DNA of 62,350 nucleotides, filler included, from an uncultured bacterium (GCA_964429075.1; 12 parts of 12 records of this genome joined end to end with filler, not necessarily neighbours in it), one strand, 5' to 3'; counted from the first letter of the whole stretch, positions 1 to 10,608 are shown. Program-made: numbers and translations. The notes: generated from the sequence alone by a model not told the origin.

Positions 1-139
1 ACCTCCACACAAATACCAAAAAATAATATCAGTAATAGATCAAAAATACAATAGTCTGACTTTGAGTTTTTTATCCTTTTTCCCTTGACATAATTTAACG
101 ATTATGAAAATAACATAAAAAACTCAGATGGAGGTCTCT

Positions 140-475
140 ATGAATGAATTAACTCCAAAGGTTATATTCGAGGAGAAGATCAAAGAGAGGTTAGAAAATA
201 ATCCAGATCTTGCAAGTCAGATCAATGCTGTCTATCAATTTAATATCACCGGAGACCAGGGTGGCAATTGGTATATCGATCTAACACAGTCTCCTGGCAG
301 GGTTGAGCAGGGTACACACGCAAGTCCTGGTTGTACAATAACTGTAGGCGATAATGACTTTGTCGATATAGTCACCGGCAAATTGAATGCCCAGATGGCG
401 TTTATGACCCAGAAGCTACGCATATCTGGGAACATGGCATTAGCTCTAAAGTTAACAAGCATCCTGAAGGGATAA
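140..475 (+). CDS. SCP2 sterol/lipid-binding domain protein
   Basis: Pattern YQFNITG..GG.WYIDL...D.DFVDIVTGKLNAQMAFM..KLRISGNMALALKL typical of SCP-2. GGAGG SD precedes the ATG at 140 (ORF track starts at 128). Confidence 0.9.
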   Translation: MNELTPKVIFEEKIKERLENNPDLASQINAVYQFNITGDQGGNWYIDLTQSPGRVEQGTHASPGCTITVGDNDFVDIVTGKLNAQMAFMTQKLRISGNMALALKLTSILKG

Positions 476-477
476 AG

Positions 478-1488
478 TTGCATAAAAGGTGCCTTCCTCT
501 CGAAGGTATTAGAGTATTAGATTTTTCAAGGCATCTTCCAGGGCCACTGACCACAGCCTTTCTTGCTGAGCTTGGTGCAGAGGTTACAAAGATAGAAGAT
601 CCAAAAAGGGGTGATCCTACAAGGTGGTTTGGAGGCAAAACAGATCAACCGGGTACATTCTATCGTTCCCTAAACCATAGAAAAAAGATTATCAATCTAG
701 ATCTCAGCTCATCGGAAGGACAGAAAAAGGCCAGAAATTTGGTAGCACAATCTCGAATTGTGGTAGAATCCTTCAGGCCGGGGATCATGGCTAAATGGGG
801 TCTTGGTTTTTCTGATATCTCCAGAAAAGGGCTTATCTATTGTAGCATAAATGGCTTTGGCAGTGGATCTAAAAAGGACCATTCCGGACATGATATCAAC
901 TTTCTTGCCCTCTCAGGACTACTCTGGCTCAACCGTACAAAAGAGGGAGTGCCCATAATCCCTGGATTTCAGGCCGCAGATGTGTGTGCTTCGCTTTTAG
1001 CAGTAATCAATATCCTTGCTGGCCTCCTTTTAGATCCAGAAGGAGAAAGGGATCCTATTCATCTAGAAATTACAGCCACCGGTTCAGCTCCACTTCTTGC
1101 ACTGTTATATTACTCTTTTTTAAAAGATGGTCTGGTAAATGATGATGAGCCATTCATTTTGACTGGGCCACTTTCAAACTATAATGTCTATCAGACCAAA
1201 GATGGAAGGTGGATTTCTCTTGGTGCCCTTGAAGATAAGTTCAGGCACCGTCTGGCAGAGGTTCTCAAAATAGATCCTTCTTTTGTGGAGGATGTTAATA
1301 AATTAAAGGATATATTCCTGTCTGAGGACCTTGATTACTGGATGTCTCTTTCTGAAAGATTCGATCTATTGATAGAGCCTGTCTTAAAGCCACTGGAGGC
1401 AATTGAAAAATTAAGGAAAATAGGAATTTCTCTCTTCAAAGGTGATCTTTTTAAAATACCTGTATCAGAATCACTTAAAAAAAGCTAA
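478..1488 (+). CDS. CoA-transferase family III (CaiB/BaiF), alpha-methylacyl-CoA racemase-like
   Basis: PLEGIRVLDFSRHLPGP, GAEVTKIEDP..GD, ESFRPG, GHDINFLALSG and AD motifs. Confidence 0.9.
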   Translation: MHKRCLPLEGIRVLDFSRHLPGPLTTAFLAELGAEVTKIEDPKRGDPTRWFGGKTDQPGTFYRSLNHRKKIINLDLSSSEGQKKARNLVAQSRIVVESFRPGIMAKWGLGFSDISRKGLIYCSINGFGSGSKKDHSGHDINFLALSGLLWLNRTKEGVPIIPGFQAADVCASLLAVINILAGLLLDPEGERDPIHLEITATGSAPLLALLYYSFLKDGLVNDDEPFILTGPLSNYNVYQTKDGRWISLGALEDKFRHRLAEVLKIDPSFVEDVNKLKDIFLSEDLDYWMSLSERFDLLIEPVLKPLEAIEKLRKIGISLFKGDLFKIPVSESLKKS

Positions 1489-1489
1489 C

Positions 1490-2995
1490 CTATTGGCTGG
1501 TCTGTGGAAATGGAACGCCAAAAAGTTCACTGAGTTTAACGGCCTGACCGGCTGAATCCTGACCACCAATAATGAGCATTGTGTTTCCATCACCACCTAT
1601 CAAAACCACACCAGGGGCCTTTCTTGGTACTGCCATTGTTGAGCTATACTCTGTGGTTATAAATTGTCCACTACCTGCTGGATCCTGCTGGATAACAACA
1701 GCATTACCGTAGACCCCAGAGGCAGTTTTACCGCCAACTATCACAACCCTACCATCTGGAGTTGCAATAGCACCCATCTCAGACATGGGTTGGGGGAGTT
1801 TTTTTGTTTGTACCTGAAAAGAGTGCCCACTCCATACCTCAACTGTATCAAGATAACCATCATCATTTTCGCCGCCTGCAATGACTACTGCATAAGAATT
1901 GCCAAACTTTACACTCTCTGCAATATGATTATATCTTGCTTCATTCAGATTGTTCGTAAAAGGCGCCATGGTCTGGCTCTCAAAGATAAACACATCAACA
2001 CTGTCGGTAGCACCAGAAGGGGTCTTACCACCTATTACCATCACCCTTGTGCCACCGGGTCTATACAATGTGGCTGTATGATATGCCCTTGCCACACTCA
2101 TGGTGTTCGATCCAAGTCTGAATTGACCAGTATCTGGATTGTACACCTCATAGGTGTTGAGAATATTACCACCATCAGTTTCGCCACCGGTTATAAGCAC
2201 ATATCCGTTTCCAAGAAGGGTTGCTGTATGATGGGCCCTTCCAACATTCATCTGGCCGGTTGATACAAAGGTCTTTTTTTCAGGATCATATAGTTCAGCT
2301 ACTCTTAAGTATGTCTTCTGGTTGTTGATAAGGGTAATCCCACCAGTAATAAGGACCTTACCATTTGTAAGCTTTGTAGCTGTATGAAAGGCTCTCGGTA
2401 ACTGCATCTGTATCTTCTCGAAGGTACCTTTGTTGTGATCGTAAAGGTATGCATTGGCAGAATAACTTGTGCCGTCAAAACCGCCAGCAATCAATACATC
2501 ACCATTGGATAGATTTGTTACAGTCATACCGTAAAAACCTCTATTTGCCTCCGGCACGGTACATGTCCCTGTCTGACCATTTGTAGTCTGAGCAAATTCA
2601 CCATGTCTTAACATTATCACATTTAAAGAGGCTGTATCGCTACTACTGTCTTCACTTAAATCGAACCTTGAAGAATTTCCTATGATCTGAGGTACCTTCT
2701 GCGATGCTGAGGTATATCCCTCTGCACCAAAGATATAGGAGTCGTTAACGGGCAGCTCCGGTATGCTACAGGACCCGGAAGAGACTGAGCATGTTGTAGA
2801 AAGGGTCTGATTTACAACCCCTTTTGCATAGATCCTCATGACTTCTATACCTGAAAATAGATTCTGATTTTGATAGGTACATGCAGGTTTCAGGTTTACC
2901 TTGATCTTCATGGTGCCACCACCACAATTGGCTAATAAGAATAAACCTGTAGCTAAAATATATGTTATTCTCTTACCAGGTAACATCAAGCTCAC
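1490..2995 (-). CDS. Kelch-repeat beta-propeller lipoprotein
   Basis: Lipobox LLANC and multiple Kelch repeats (RAFHTATKL.NGKVLITGG...AELYDP). Confidence 0.85.
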   Translation of the reverse strand: MSLMLPGKRITYILATGLFLLANCGGGTMKIKVNLKPACTYQNQNLFSGIEVMRIYAKGVVNQTLSTTCSVSSGSCSIPELPVNDSYIFGAEGYTSASQKVPQIIGNSSRFDLSEDSSSDTASLNVIMLRHGEFAQTTNGQTGTCTVPEANRGFYGMTVTNLSNGDVLIAGGFDGTSYSANAYLYDHNKGTFEKIQMQLPRAFHTATKLTNGKVLITGGITLINNQKTYLRVAELYDPEKKTFVSTGQMNVGRAHHTATLLGNGYVLITGGETDGGNILNTYEVYNPDTGQFRLGSNTMSVARAYHTATLYRPGGTRVMVIGGKTPSGATDSVDVFIFESQTMAPFTNNLNEARYNHIAESVKFGNSYAVVIAGGENDDGYLDTVEVWSGHSFQVQTKKLPQPMSEMGAIATPDGRVVIVGGKTASGVYGNAVVIQQDPAGSGQFITTEYSSTMAVPRKAPGVVLIGGDGNTMLIIGGQDSAGQAVKLSELFGVPFPQTSQ

Positions 2996-5189
2996 CCTTT
3001 TCTATCTTAGATCCAGATAGCATCAATACCACACCGGCGGTTACGCCTGCAGCAAGTACAACAGATCCGGCAATAATCCAGAAAAGAGAAGTTGAGTAGA
3101 ATGGTTTGGATCTTTTCTGTTCCTCTATGGGGACAGCCTCTTCAATAGGTTGTCTCTGTAAGTAGGGCTGACTGGCTGAAGTCTGCTGATTATATGCCTG
3201 ATACTGACCCTGCTGAACCCTATTTGGATATTGACCATAATTCATCCCAGGTTGCTGTGACGGGTATGATGTAGCCTTTGGTCCAGAAGTAGAAGTAGTC
3301 ACAGTACCTCTTTTCTTTATAATCAAAACCTGACTCTTTCCACCTCGTTTGATTATAATCCTTTTTACACCACCTTCAGTCGGTTGAGATGCAGCTGGAT
3401 TCACCACCGGTGGTTGTGTTGTTTTAGTGTTGTTTGTCTCAAGTGGTGGTGGAGGTGGTAATTCAATATCTGGTGGAGGAGGTGGCAGCTGTGTTGCTGC
3501 AGGTGCAGGAGAAACACTAGGTGTGGCTGCGTTTGTCTGTGGTTGTGGAGTGATAGTCTTTTGTACTGGAGCAGGTGCTGGCGTATATGATGGTCTCTTT
3601 GGTGTTTTTGGGGCAGCTGGTGCTTTAAAAAGATCTGGCCTGCCCACAGCTGGTGGAACACTTGGTGCAGGTTTTGTAATTGGGCCCTTTTTCTGATTTT
3701 GTAGTTTCTGCCTCTTCATTGCCTCTCTTTTGTAGAGGGATATATATGCTGGCTTCTTTTTTTTGGGTTTTTCAACCATCTTGGGTGCCGGTTTGGCCGG
3801 TGCAACAGGAACTGCCGGACCAATAGAAGGAGAAGGTGTTGCAGCCTTTGGGGTCGTTGGTATTGGGGCTGCAGGTGCAGGTGTAGAAGGGACAGGTCCT
3901 GTAGCAGGTGTTGCTGGAGCACTATAATGGCTTGTTGTCTGGGGTTGAGGAATATTTAGCTTTCTCTCTGCAGGTGTAGTGGCTGCAGCACTTACAGCCT
4001 TTATCTTGTTTTGCTCTTTGAATTTGTTATATACCCTTATGACTGCTCCAGACAACATAGGTTTGAAGCTCTTGACCTTCTTTTCAAGATCCCTGCCTAT
4101 ATTGTAGATCTCCTCTGCTACTCCAAATAACTCAAGGTCAAGGTTGCCCTGGACAAGTCTTACTAGTTTCCTTCTTGCACTACTGTACAGTAGTGTTGCG
4201 ACAACATATCCATTTTTCTCCTTGTATATGCCACCAAAGATAATATAGCTTGCGCCATACTTGTGTGCCAGCCTCTTGAGTGCCATCTTTGTCTTGTAGT
4301 TGATGCGGTTTCTTACCACATGTGAGGCCACCACCCCTTCATCACCCATTAGCTTTACACCGCCTCCGAGTTCGAGTTCTATTTTCTCTGTACGATTTGC
4401 TCTTACTCTTGCAACTGTTCCGCTTGAGTCAAAGTTTTCCTTTTCGACAAGGATGTAGTGGTTACCGGGGATAAGATCCTTTACAAGAAGTGGGGTGGTA
4501 CCTCTTTTTTTACCATCCACATAGAGCTGAGCACCGGATGGGATGGTGGTAATCTGAATAGAGCCTTTAGATGAATGCAACAGGGCACTCCTTCTCTTTT
4601 CATATATTCTGATGAATGCAGCAGGAAAGATAGAGCCATTTAATTGAAAGTCTGGATTCAGTGCCACTACCTTATCTATTATATCCTGACCCTTTGCATC
4701 ATTTCCAAGCCTATAATAGGTTGAAGCCAGAATGGCAATACATTCAACAGCCCTATCTATTTTATTTCGATAATGCATAGAGTTTTCAAAAAGAGTAAAT
4801 GCCCTTTTAAATTTATTTAAAGCACTTGAAAAATCCGATTTAAGCAGATCCTTTTTACCCATGTCACAGAGTTCCAAGGCCTGATTGAACTTCTCTTCCG
4901 CCAGGTTTTTTTTATTTTCACCTTTATTGCTTTTTATCTTTTTTAGCTGTGGCTTAATAAGCTTGAAATTTTTAACAGATTTGACCTCATCATAGAGGGC
5001 GTCGGTTGCCTCAACAAGTGCCTCCTGAGGAGCCTTTGCATGAATGGCCTGATAGGGTATGACAAGGATAGATACCTTACCTGCATATGCAACGTCTACA
5101 GGAAGATAGGTCATACTCAGTACAATCGAGAAAGATAAAATGTATGATAGAAATTTTTTTAGCCCTGTTTTCTCAAAAGCCTGCATCAT
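2973..5189 (-). CDS. PEGA-domain protein with TPR-like helices, Pro-rich linker and C-terminal TM helix
   Basis: Signal peptide, PEGA motif GSIQITTIPSGAQLYVDGKKRGTTPL...PGNHYILVEKENF, long P/A/T/Q-rich region and KPFY...FWIIAGSVVLAAGV C-terminal anchor. Confidence 0.8.
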   Translation of the reverse strand: MMQAFEKTGLKKFLSYILSFSIVLSMTYLPVDVAYAGKVSILVIPYQAIHAKAPQEALVEATDALYDEVKSVKNFKLIKPQLKKIKSNKGENKKNLAEEKFNQALELCDMGKKDLLKSDFSSALNKFKRAFTLFENSMHYRNKIDRAVECIAILASTYYRLGNDAKGQDIIDKVVALNPDFQLNGSIFPAAFIRIYEKRRSALLHSSKGSIQITTIPSGAQLYVDGKKRGTTPLLVKDLIPGNHYILVEKENFDSSGTVARVRANRTEKIELELGGGVKLMGDEGVVASHVVRNRINYKTKMALKRLAHKYGASYIIFGGIYKEKNGYVVATLLYSSARRKLVRLVQGNLDLELFGVAEEIYNIGRDLEKKVKSFKPMLSGAVIRVYNKFKEQNKIKAVSAAATTPAERKLNIPQPQTTSHYSAPATPATGPVPSTPAPAAPIPTTPKAATPSPSIGPAVPVAPAKPAPKMVEKPKKKKPAYISLYKREAMKRQKLQNQKKGPITKPAPSVPPAVGRPDLFKAPAAPKTPKRPSYTPAPAPVQKTITPQPQTNAATPSVSPAPAATQLPPPPPDIELPPPPPLETNNTKTTQPPVVNPAASQPTEGGVKRIIIKRGGKSQVLIIKKRGTVTTSTSGPKATSYPSQQPGMNYGQYPNRVQQGQYQAYNQQTSASQPYLQRQPIEEAVPIEEQKRSKPFYSTSLFWIIAGSVVLAAGVTAGVVLMLSGSKIEKGELDVTW

Positions 5190-5205
5190 TTACTCCAGTA
5201 TGACT

Positions 5206-5305
5206 NNNNNNNNNNNNNNNNNNNNNNNNNNNNNNNNNNNNNNNNNNNNTTAATTAATTAANNNNNNNNNNNNNNNNNNNNNNNNNNNNNNNNNNNNNNN
5301 NNNNN
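5206..5305. other. Artificial contig linker
   Basis: N44-TTAATTAATTAA-N44 (stop codons in all six frames). Confidence 0.99.
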
Positions 5306-5497
5306 TACTATTAGAACCTTTTTTTTTTTTTTTGCAAGAGTCTTACCTGCCATCAAACCACTTGGTCCTGCTCCTACAATTATCACATCAGATGAGATGT
5401 ACTGTGAGAATTGTTTAGAAAATGTCTCAACTATTGCTCCTGTGATTTCCTTTTCACCAACCTGTGAAAATATTGTCTTTTCCTTTTCGTTTTCCAT
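5306..5497 (-). CDS. thi4: Thi4-type thiazole synthase, N-terminal fragment (truncated by contig end)
   Basis: EKEITGAIVETF......SDVIIVGAGPSGLMA matches the Thi4 N-terminus with a GxGxxG dinucleotide motif. Confidence 0.8.
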
Positions 5498-5523
5498 TTT
5501 GCAGCTCCATTTAGAATTTTCTA

Positions 5524-6900
5524 TTATTCTCTATTTTGCCATGTATAATCAAACACAACACCAAAAAAACTTCTTGCAAAGACCGAGCGATCGTTAAAAA
5601 GCACGCCTTCTGGCATTGTATTTTCTCTGTTATATTGAAATTCATAGTTAATACCTACTCTATACTTTCTTAAAAAGGTATAGCCGAGTGAAAGACCACC
5701 TTCTATCAGAACCTCATATCTATTATAATAACTTATATCCGCTGGGTTTGTGCTGAGATATTCCCTATAGTCTCCACTTGCATAAAGTGATAGATCAACC
5801 TGGCTGCCATTCTTTGATAATCTATTTTTGATCTGAAACAGTCCTATTAGATAGTGTCCTAAGTATGACGGATCAGATGTAACAACACCGGTTTCTGTGC
5901 CAATGCTTCCACCTGCTGCATACTGGAAACGATAGTCAAGCCTTATAAGCATATTTTTATTGGGATGGAGATAAAAACCAAAGCCCGGTCTTGAAAGGTA
6001 TATATCAAGATAATCTGCAGCACCTGAAAAATCCCATATCTTCTGGGAATATCCTGCAAAAATTCCTATGGTTTTATTTATATCGTAATCAACTTCAACA
6101 AATTCCTTCGATTCACTGTATGATGCATCAATGAATCCACCACCCGTAAGGCCGTTATTTATGACAGGATCTGGATATCTCACCATACGGTAGTGTCTCT
6201 TTGTGCCATACAAGGCGCCAAAATGCATACTCACATTATCAAGGAGATTCTGATCGATACTCAGACTGAAATCGTGATGATTGAGGTTCCAGTCTTTTAC
6301 ATAGAGGTATGCCATATAATCGAGGTTCAATACTGTCTTTTTGCCTACAAGTGTATCGGTCTCCAAGAAAAGACCTGTCCCAATCCTGCTGTAAACATCT
6401 CCGATAGAATCGATGATAAAACGTTTCGTTCCATTAATATAGTAGTTTGCATCTTTTGGACCATTGTTAAAGATACGCTGCTCGTCTGGAGAAAGATCAA
6501 TTGTGTTGTTGTCGTAGCCAGATTCAAGTTCGAATTTAAATCCAACCCTTCCCTTTGGTTTGTATGTCTTTACGATCTTTTTGATCTTTCTGGATACCTT
6601 TTTGGGCGTTTTTTTGAGTGGAGCAAGCGGAATCAGAGGCACATTTTTTATTACCTCAGTTTTTACCTCCTGTCCTTTTTTCTCCTCCTTTTTGCCCTTA
6701 TTATTGCTTTGCTCTTTCTTTTTTTCTTCCTGTTTCTTTTTGGTAGTCTTGTTTGTGGATTTTTTATGACTTTTGTTTATTGTTCTAAACCTTGTTCTAC
6801 TAATTGCATTCTGGGGCATAACAAAACCAATCCCTATAGAAATCGCAAAGATTAAATATGCTATTTTCATCTTTTTAACTACCTTCATCGTTGTGCCCAT
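5524..6900 (-). CDS. Putative outer-membrane beta-barrel protein with Lys-rich N-terminal region
   Basis: Signal peptide, then GYDNN and alternating aromatic/hydrophobic strands ending FFGVVFDYTW. ATG at 6900 follows the upstream stop by 1 nt. Confidence 0.65.
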   Translation of the reverse strand: MGTTMKVVKKMKIAYLIFAISIGIGFVMPQNAISRTRFRTINKSHKKSTNKTTKKKQEEKKKEQSNNKGKKEEKKGQEVKTEVIKNVPLIPLAPLKKTPKKVSRKIKKIVKTYKPKGRVGFKFELESGYDNNTIDLSPDEQRIFNNGPKDANYYINGTKRFIIDSIGDVYSRIGTGLFLETDTLVGKKTVLNLDYMAYLYVKDWNLNHHDFSLSIDQNLLDNVSMHFGALYGTKRHYRMVRYPDPVINNGLTGGGFIDASYSESKEFVEVDYDINKTIGIFAGYSQKIWDFSGAADYLDIYLSRPGFGFYLHPNKNMLIRLDYRFQYAAGGSIGTETGVVTSDPSYLGHYLIGLFQIKNRLSKNGSQVDLSLYASGDYREYLSTNPADISYYNRYEVLIEGGLSLGYTFLRKYRVGINYEFQYNRENTMPEGVLFNDRSVFARSFFGVVFDYTWQNRE

Positions 6901-6901
6901 C

Positions 6902-7600
6902 CTATGGATGTACAAAGAGTCCAATTGAGAATTGACCACCCTGATCTCCCACATACCACATATTATATTTACCAGTATCTGTGTATATAACAGTTGGATC
7001 TAGAACACTATCAGCGTTCCAACCGTTTCCTGTGGGGGTAACAACTACACTATGACCTGAGAAATTCTTTAGGTCCATTGTAACAGCAGATAAGACATAC
7101 ATCATACCTGTAGGATCAATGCCGGTATAAAATAGCTTAAAGGAATTTCCACTCCAGGTAATCATAGGAGATAAGACTCCCTGATCGGTGTAAAAACCAC
7201 CATCTCCTCTTTGAATAACCCTACCCTTTTTTATCCAGTTTATTCCATCTGTTGATGTAGCAAGGAGAATATCCCATTGCCAATCAGTTTTGTAGGTAAA
7301 AAATACATCTTTAGGTTTTATTTGGCTACCTGCATAATACATAATGTAGATACCACTATTTAATTTTATCACACCAGGATGAGCCACAGATTCCTTATCT
7401 TTCCCACCAGGACCCGGGAATAAAACAGGCTGATCATTATTTTGTACTGTCCAATTTATACCATCATTTGATGTAGCATAACCAATATGCCAGTGTAAAT
7501 AATATGACGTTCCTCCTGCAGGTTCAATTGCTGCACCAGCGTACCACATTTTATACATATTTGTATCTGTATCATAAATGACTGAAGGTTGACTACACAT
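6902..7600 (-). CDS. Five-bladed beta-propeller glycosidase-like domain (GH32/43/130-like), blades 2-5; in-frame continuation of upstream ORF
   Basis: Repeats of P.VI......Y.MWY.G...I..ATS.DGINW. Confidence 0.7.
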   Translation of the reverse strand: MCSQPSVIYDTDTNMYKMWYAGAAIEPAGGTSYYLHWHIGYATSNDGINWTVQNNDQPVLFPGPGGKDKESVAHPGVIKLNSGIYIMYYAGSQIKPKDVFFTYKTDWQWDILLATSTDGINWIKKGRVIQRGDGGFYTDQGVLSPMITWSGNSFKLFYTGIDPTGMMYVLSAVTMDLKNFSGHSVVVTPTGNGWNADSVLDPTVIYTDTGKYNMWYVGDQGGQFSIGLFVHP

Positions 7601-7606
7601 ATAATT

Positions 7607-10508
7607 TTACCACCACTGCGCACAATTAGTGCTCAATGTAATATACTGAACATTATTCCAGGTTATGCCATCAGTAGATTCTGCATACATAATCTTTGTA
7701 TTACCAAATGCAGAAGGTTGATCTTCAGTAAACCACATTTTTAATATTCCATTGTTGCTATCATAAATAACAGAGGGGCTTAAGTATCCTGTACTCCCAC
7801 CAGAAGAAAGGGCCTGATCATTATAAGAATTTGCTGTGTTACTCACAACAGTAATGGTCCTCTCTGCCCAGCTAACTGCACCCTCCTGATCAGTTACAGT
7901 AAGGCGCACCACATAGGTCCCCTCAAAATCAATATTATACAGATAGGCTGTCTTGCTGTTTTGATTCCAGATCAAGGCATTGCTATAGTCTGGGGTGCTT
8001 TCTAAGGTCCATTGGTAGGTAAGTGTATCGTTGTCTGGATCTGTGCTATTTGATCCGTCCAAAAGAATAAGGTCTCCTACATCTGCATAAGAATTTGTAC
8101 CTGCATCTGCAACAGGTGCTCTGTTTATGACCTTTATCTGCACAACAGCAGGATCACTATCTGCCTGACCATCGTTTACCACAAGGGCAATATAGTATGT
8201 ACCTCTGGCATCTGCAGTAAAGGAAGTAGTCGATCCTGAAGTCGAAGTTAATGATGCGCTGCTACCATTTGGAAGTGATACAATGGACCAGTAATATGTA
8301 AGGGCATCGCCGTTTGGATCATAGCTCTGATTGCCATCAAGGGTAAAGGTATCACCGAGATAGCCTACATATTTACCGCTTTGTTCAAAGGCCTTTGCAA
8401 CCGGTCTTTTGTTGTCACTTGTAGCATCTATAACTATTGTTGCCTCATCACTGTCAACCTGGCCATCGTTTACAATAAGCCCTACCTCGTAACTTCCTGC
8501 GATATCGGTCTGTAGACTTACCTCATAGCTATTAACACCAGCGGAAAGTGTTGCGCTGCTCCCATTTGGCCTTGACTTCAGATAGAAACTGTATGTCAGA
8601 CTATCTCCATTCTGGTCGCTACTGAGAACGCCTGTTATATTTACAGTGCTTCCAGGGGTTACAAGGACAGAATTATGATAGAGTGTACCACCAATATCAG
8701 CTGCAATGTCTGCAACAGGCTTTGTATTTTCTGCAACAATAGTCACTGTGTCGCTATCGCTAAGACCTCCCTGATCCTGCACAACAAGCTGAACGACATA
8801 GTTTCCATCCACATCAGGTGTAAAACTAAAGGTGGTCCCCTGCTGTGCAGAGATATTCAAGCTACTTCCAGTTGGCTTTGATAATAGACTCCATGTAAGG
8901 GTAAGTGTACTAAAGGTATCTGAAGGATTGGGATCGTAACTACCTGAGCCATCCAGAGTGACTTCAACATTTGTAGGCCAGCTCATATCCTGACCGGCAT
9001 CGGCAACAGGTGCTACATTTCCATTTATTACTACAACGCTTGCCTGCTTGCTGCTGCTAAGACCATCATCATCGGTAACAACAAGCTTTACAATATAGGT
9101 TCCTACAATATCGGGGGTAAAGCTATAGGATGTACCGGTTGATGAATTTGGAATCGATACATTACTGTAGTCTGGAATCTGAGTTATCTCCCAGCTACAG
9201 GTAATACCCTTGCCGTCGGGGTCATAACTACCATCGCAATCAAAATTGGCTGCCTGACCGAGCAATAGTGTCCCACCACCATTTAATACGACCACCGGTG
9301 CAAGGTTTCCAGATACCACCTTAATGGTTACCTGCCTTGTAGATACAAGCCCATTATTGTCTCTTACTGATACCTCAACAACATAGTCTCCAACAACATC
9401 TGGAGTAAAGGTAAATGTAGAATCGGGATTCCAACCACTTGCTTGATAGGATACATTCTGATCACTGCTGTTTTGAGGTTTACTGATTACCCTAAAATTG
9501 AACTCAATTGTATCACCCACATTGGGATCATAGGATTCTGATGCATCAACAGTTGCATCGTTGCCAAGAGAGACAATAACAGGATCCTGTTTAACCACAA
9601 CAACAGGTGCAGCATTACCACTTACAGTAGTGACTGTTACAGTATCGGTAGAAACAGCACCTTTACTATCAGTTACTTTTAATTCAAAGACATAGCTACC
9701 CTCTATATAGGGTGTAAAGCTATAGGTCACAGAGGTTGCATTACTGACTGTTAATGCACTGTTAGCCGGTTTGCTAAGGAGTATCCACTCATATGAAATA
9801 GGATCACCATTTGGATCGTAGCTACCGGAACCATCGAGATTGACTTGAACACCTACAGAGGTTAGCACATCATCACCAGCATCTGCCACAGGGGCTGCAT
9901 TGCCAGAGACTGCTGTGATTGTTACCTGATCTGATGAAGATAGCCCCTCTGTATCTGTAACAACAAGCTCAAAGGTATAACTACCCTCTATATCAGGGGT
10001 AAAACTGTATGTTGCAGATGTTGCATTTGTAACTAACACAGAGCTTGTAGATGGTTTGCTTACAAGATGCCAGCTGTAGCTCAGACTGTCCCCATTGGGA
10101 TCATAGCTCAATGAACCGTCTAATGTGACTGTTGACCCAACATTTACAACCTGATCTAACCCTGCATCTGCAACAGGTGCAGCATTGTTAGAAACAACAT
10201 CTATTGTTATTGTTGCCTCGTTACTTTCAAGATCACCATCGTCAACAACAAGGGCAATCTCATATGTACCCTCTACATCTGGAGTAAAGGACTTTTCATA
10301 ATCGTTAGCCGTATCAACAAGAGACGCAGAACTTCCAGAAGGTCTATTTTTGATGTAAAAATTATAAAATATTGGATCACCATTTATGTCTGAACTGTTA
10401 ACTCCTGAAAGGACAATATTTTCACCAGGTGTTGCGATATAATGGTCTTTAAATGCACCGTTTGAAGTTATTGCCTCTAACTCTGCCACAGGTGCATCAT
10501 TTACTGCA
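7607..10508 (-). CDS. Large PKD/REJ (KIAA0319-like Ig) repeat surface protein, 5'-truncated, ending in first propeller blade
   Basis: About nine repeats of N.APVADAG.D......VTLDGS.SYDP.GD.L.Y.W....P......FTPD.EG.Y...L.V.D. Frame is open to the contig edge. Confidence 0.85.
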
Positions 10509-10608
10509 NNNNNNNNNNNNNNNNNNNNNNNNNNNNNNNNNNNNNNNNNNNNTTAATTAATTAANNNNNNNNNNNNNNNNNNNNNNNNNNNNNNNNNNNN
10601 NNNNNNNN
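10509..10608. other. Artificial contig linker
   Basis: N44-TTAATTAATTAA-N44. Confidence 0.99.

Noticed and set aside
5498..5523. TPP riboswitch upstream of thi4 or thiE
   Set aside because: Intergenic space is only 26 nt or absent, and no TPP aptamer core was seen.
7607..7609. Stop-codon recoding (Sec/Pyl or alternative genetic code)
   Set aside because: The codon is TAA, and TAA, TAG and TGA all terminate conserved genes normally elsewhere in the window.
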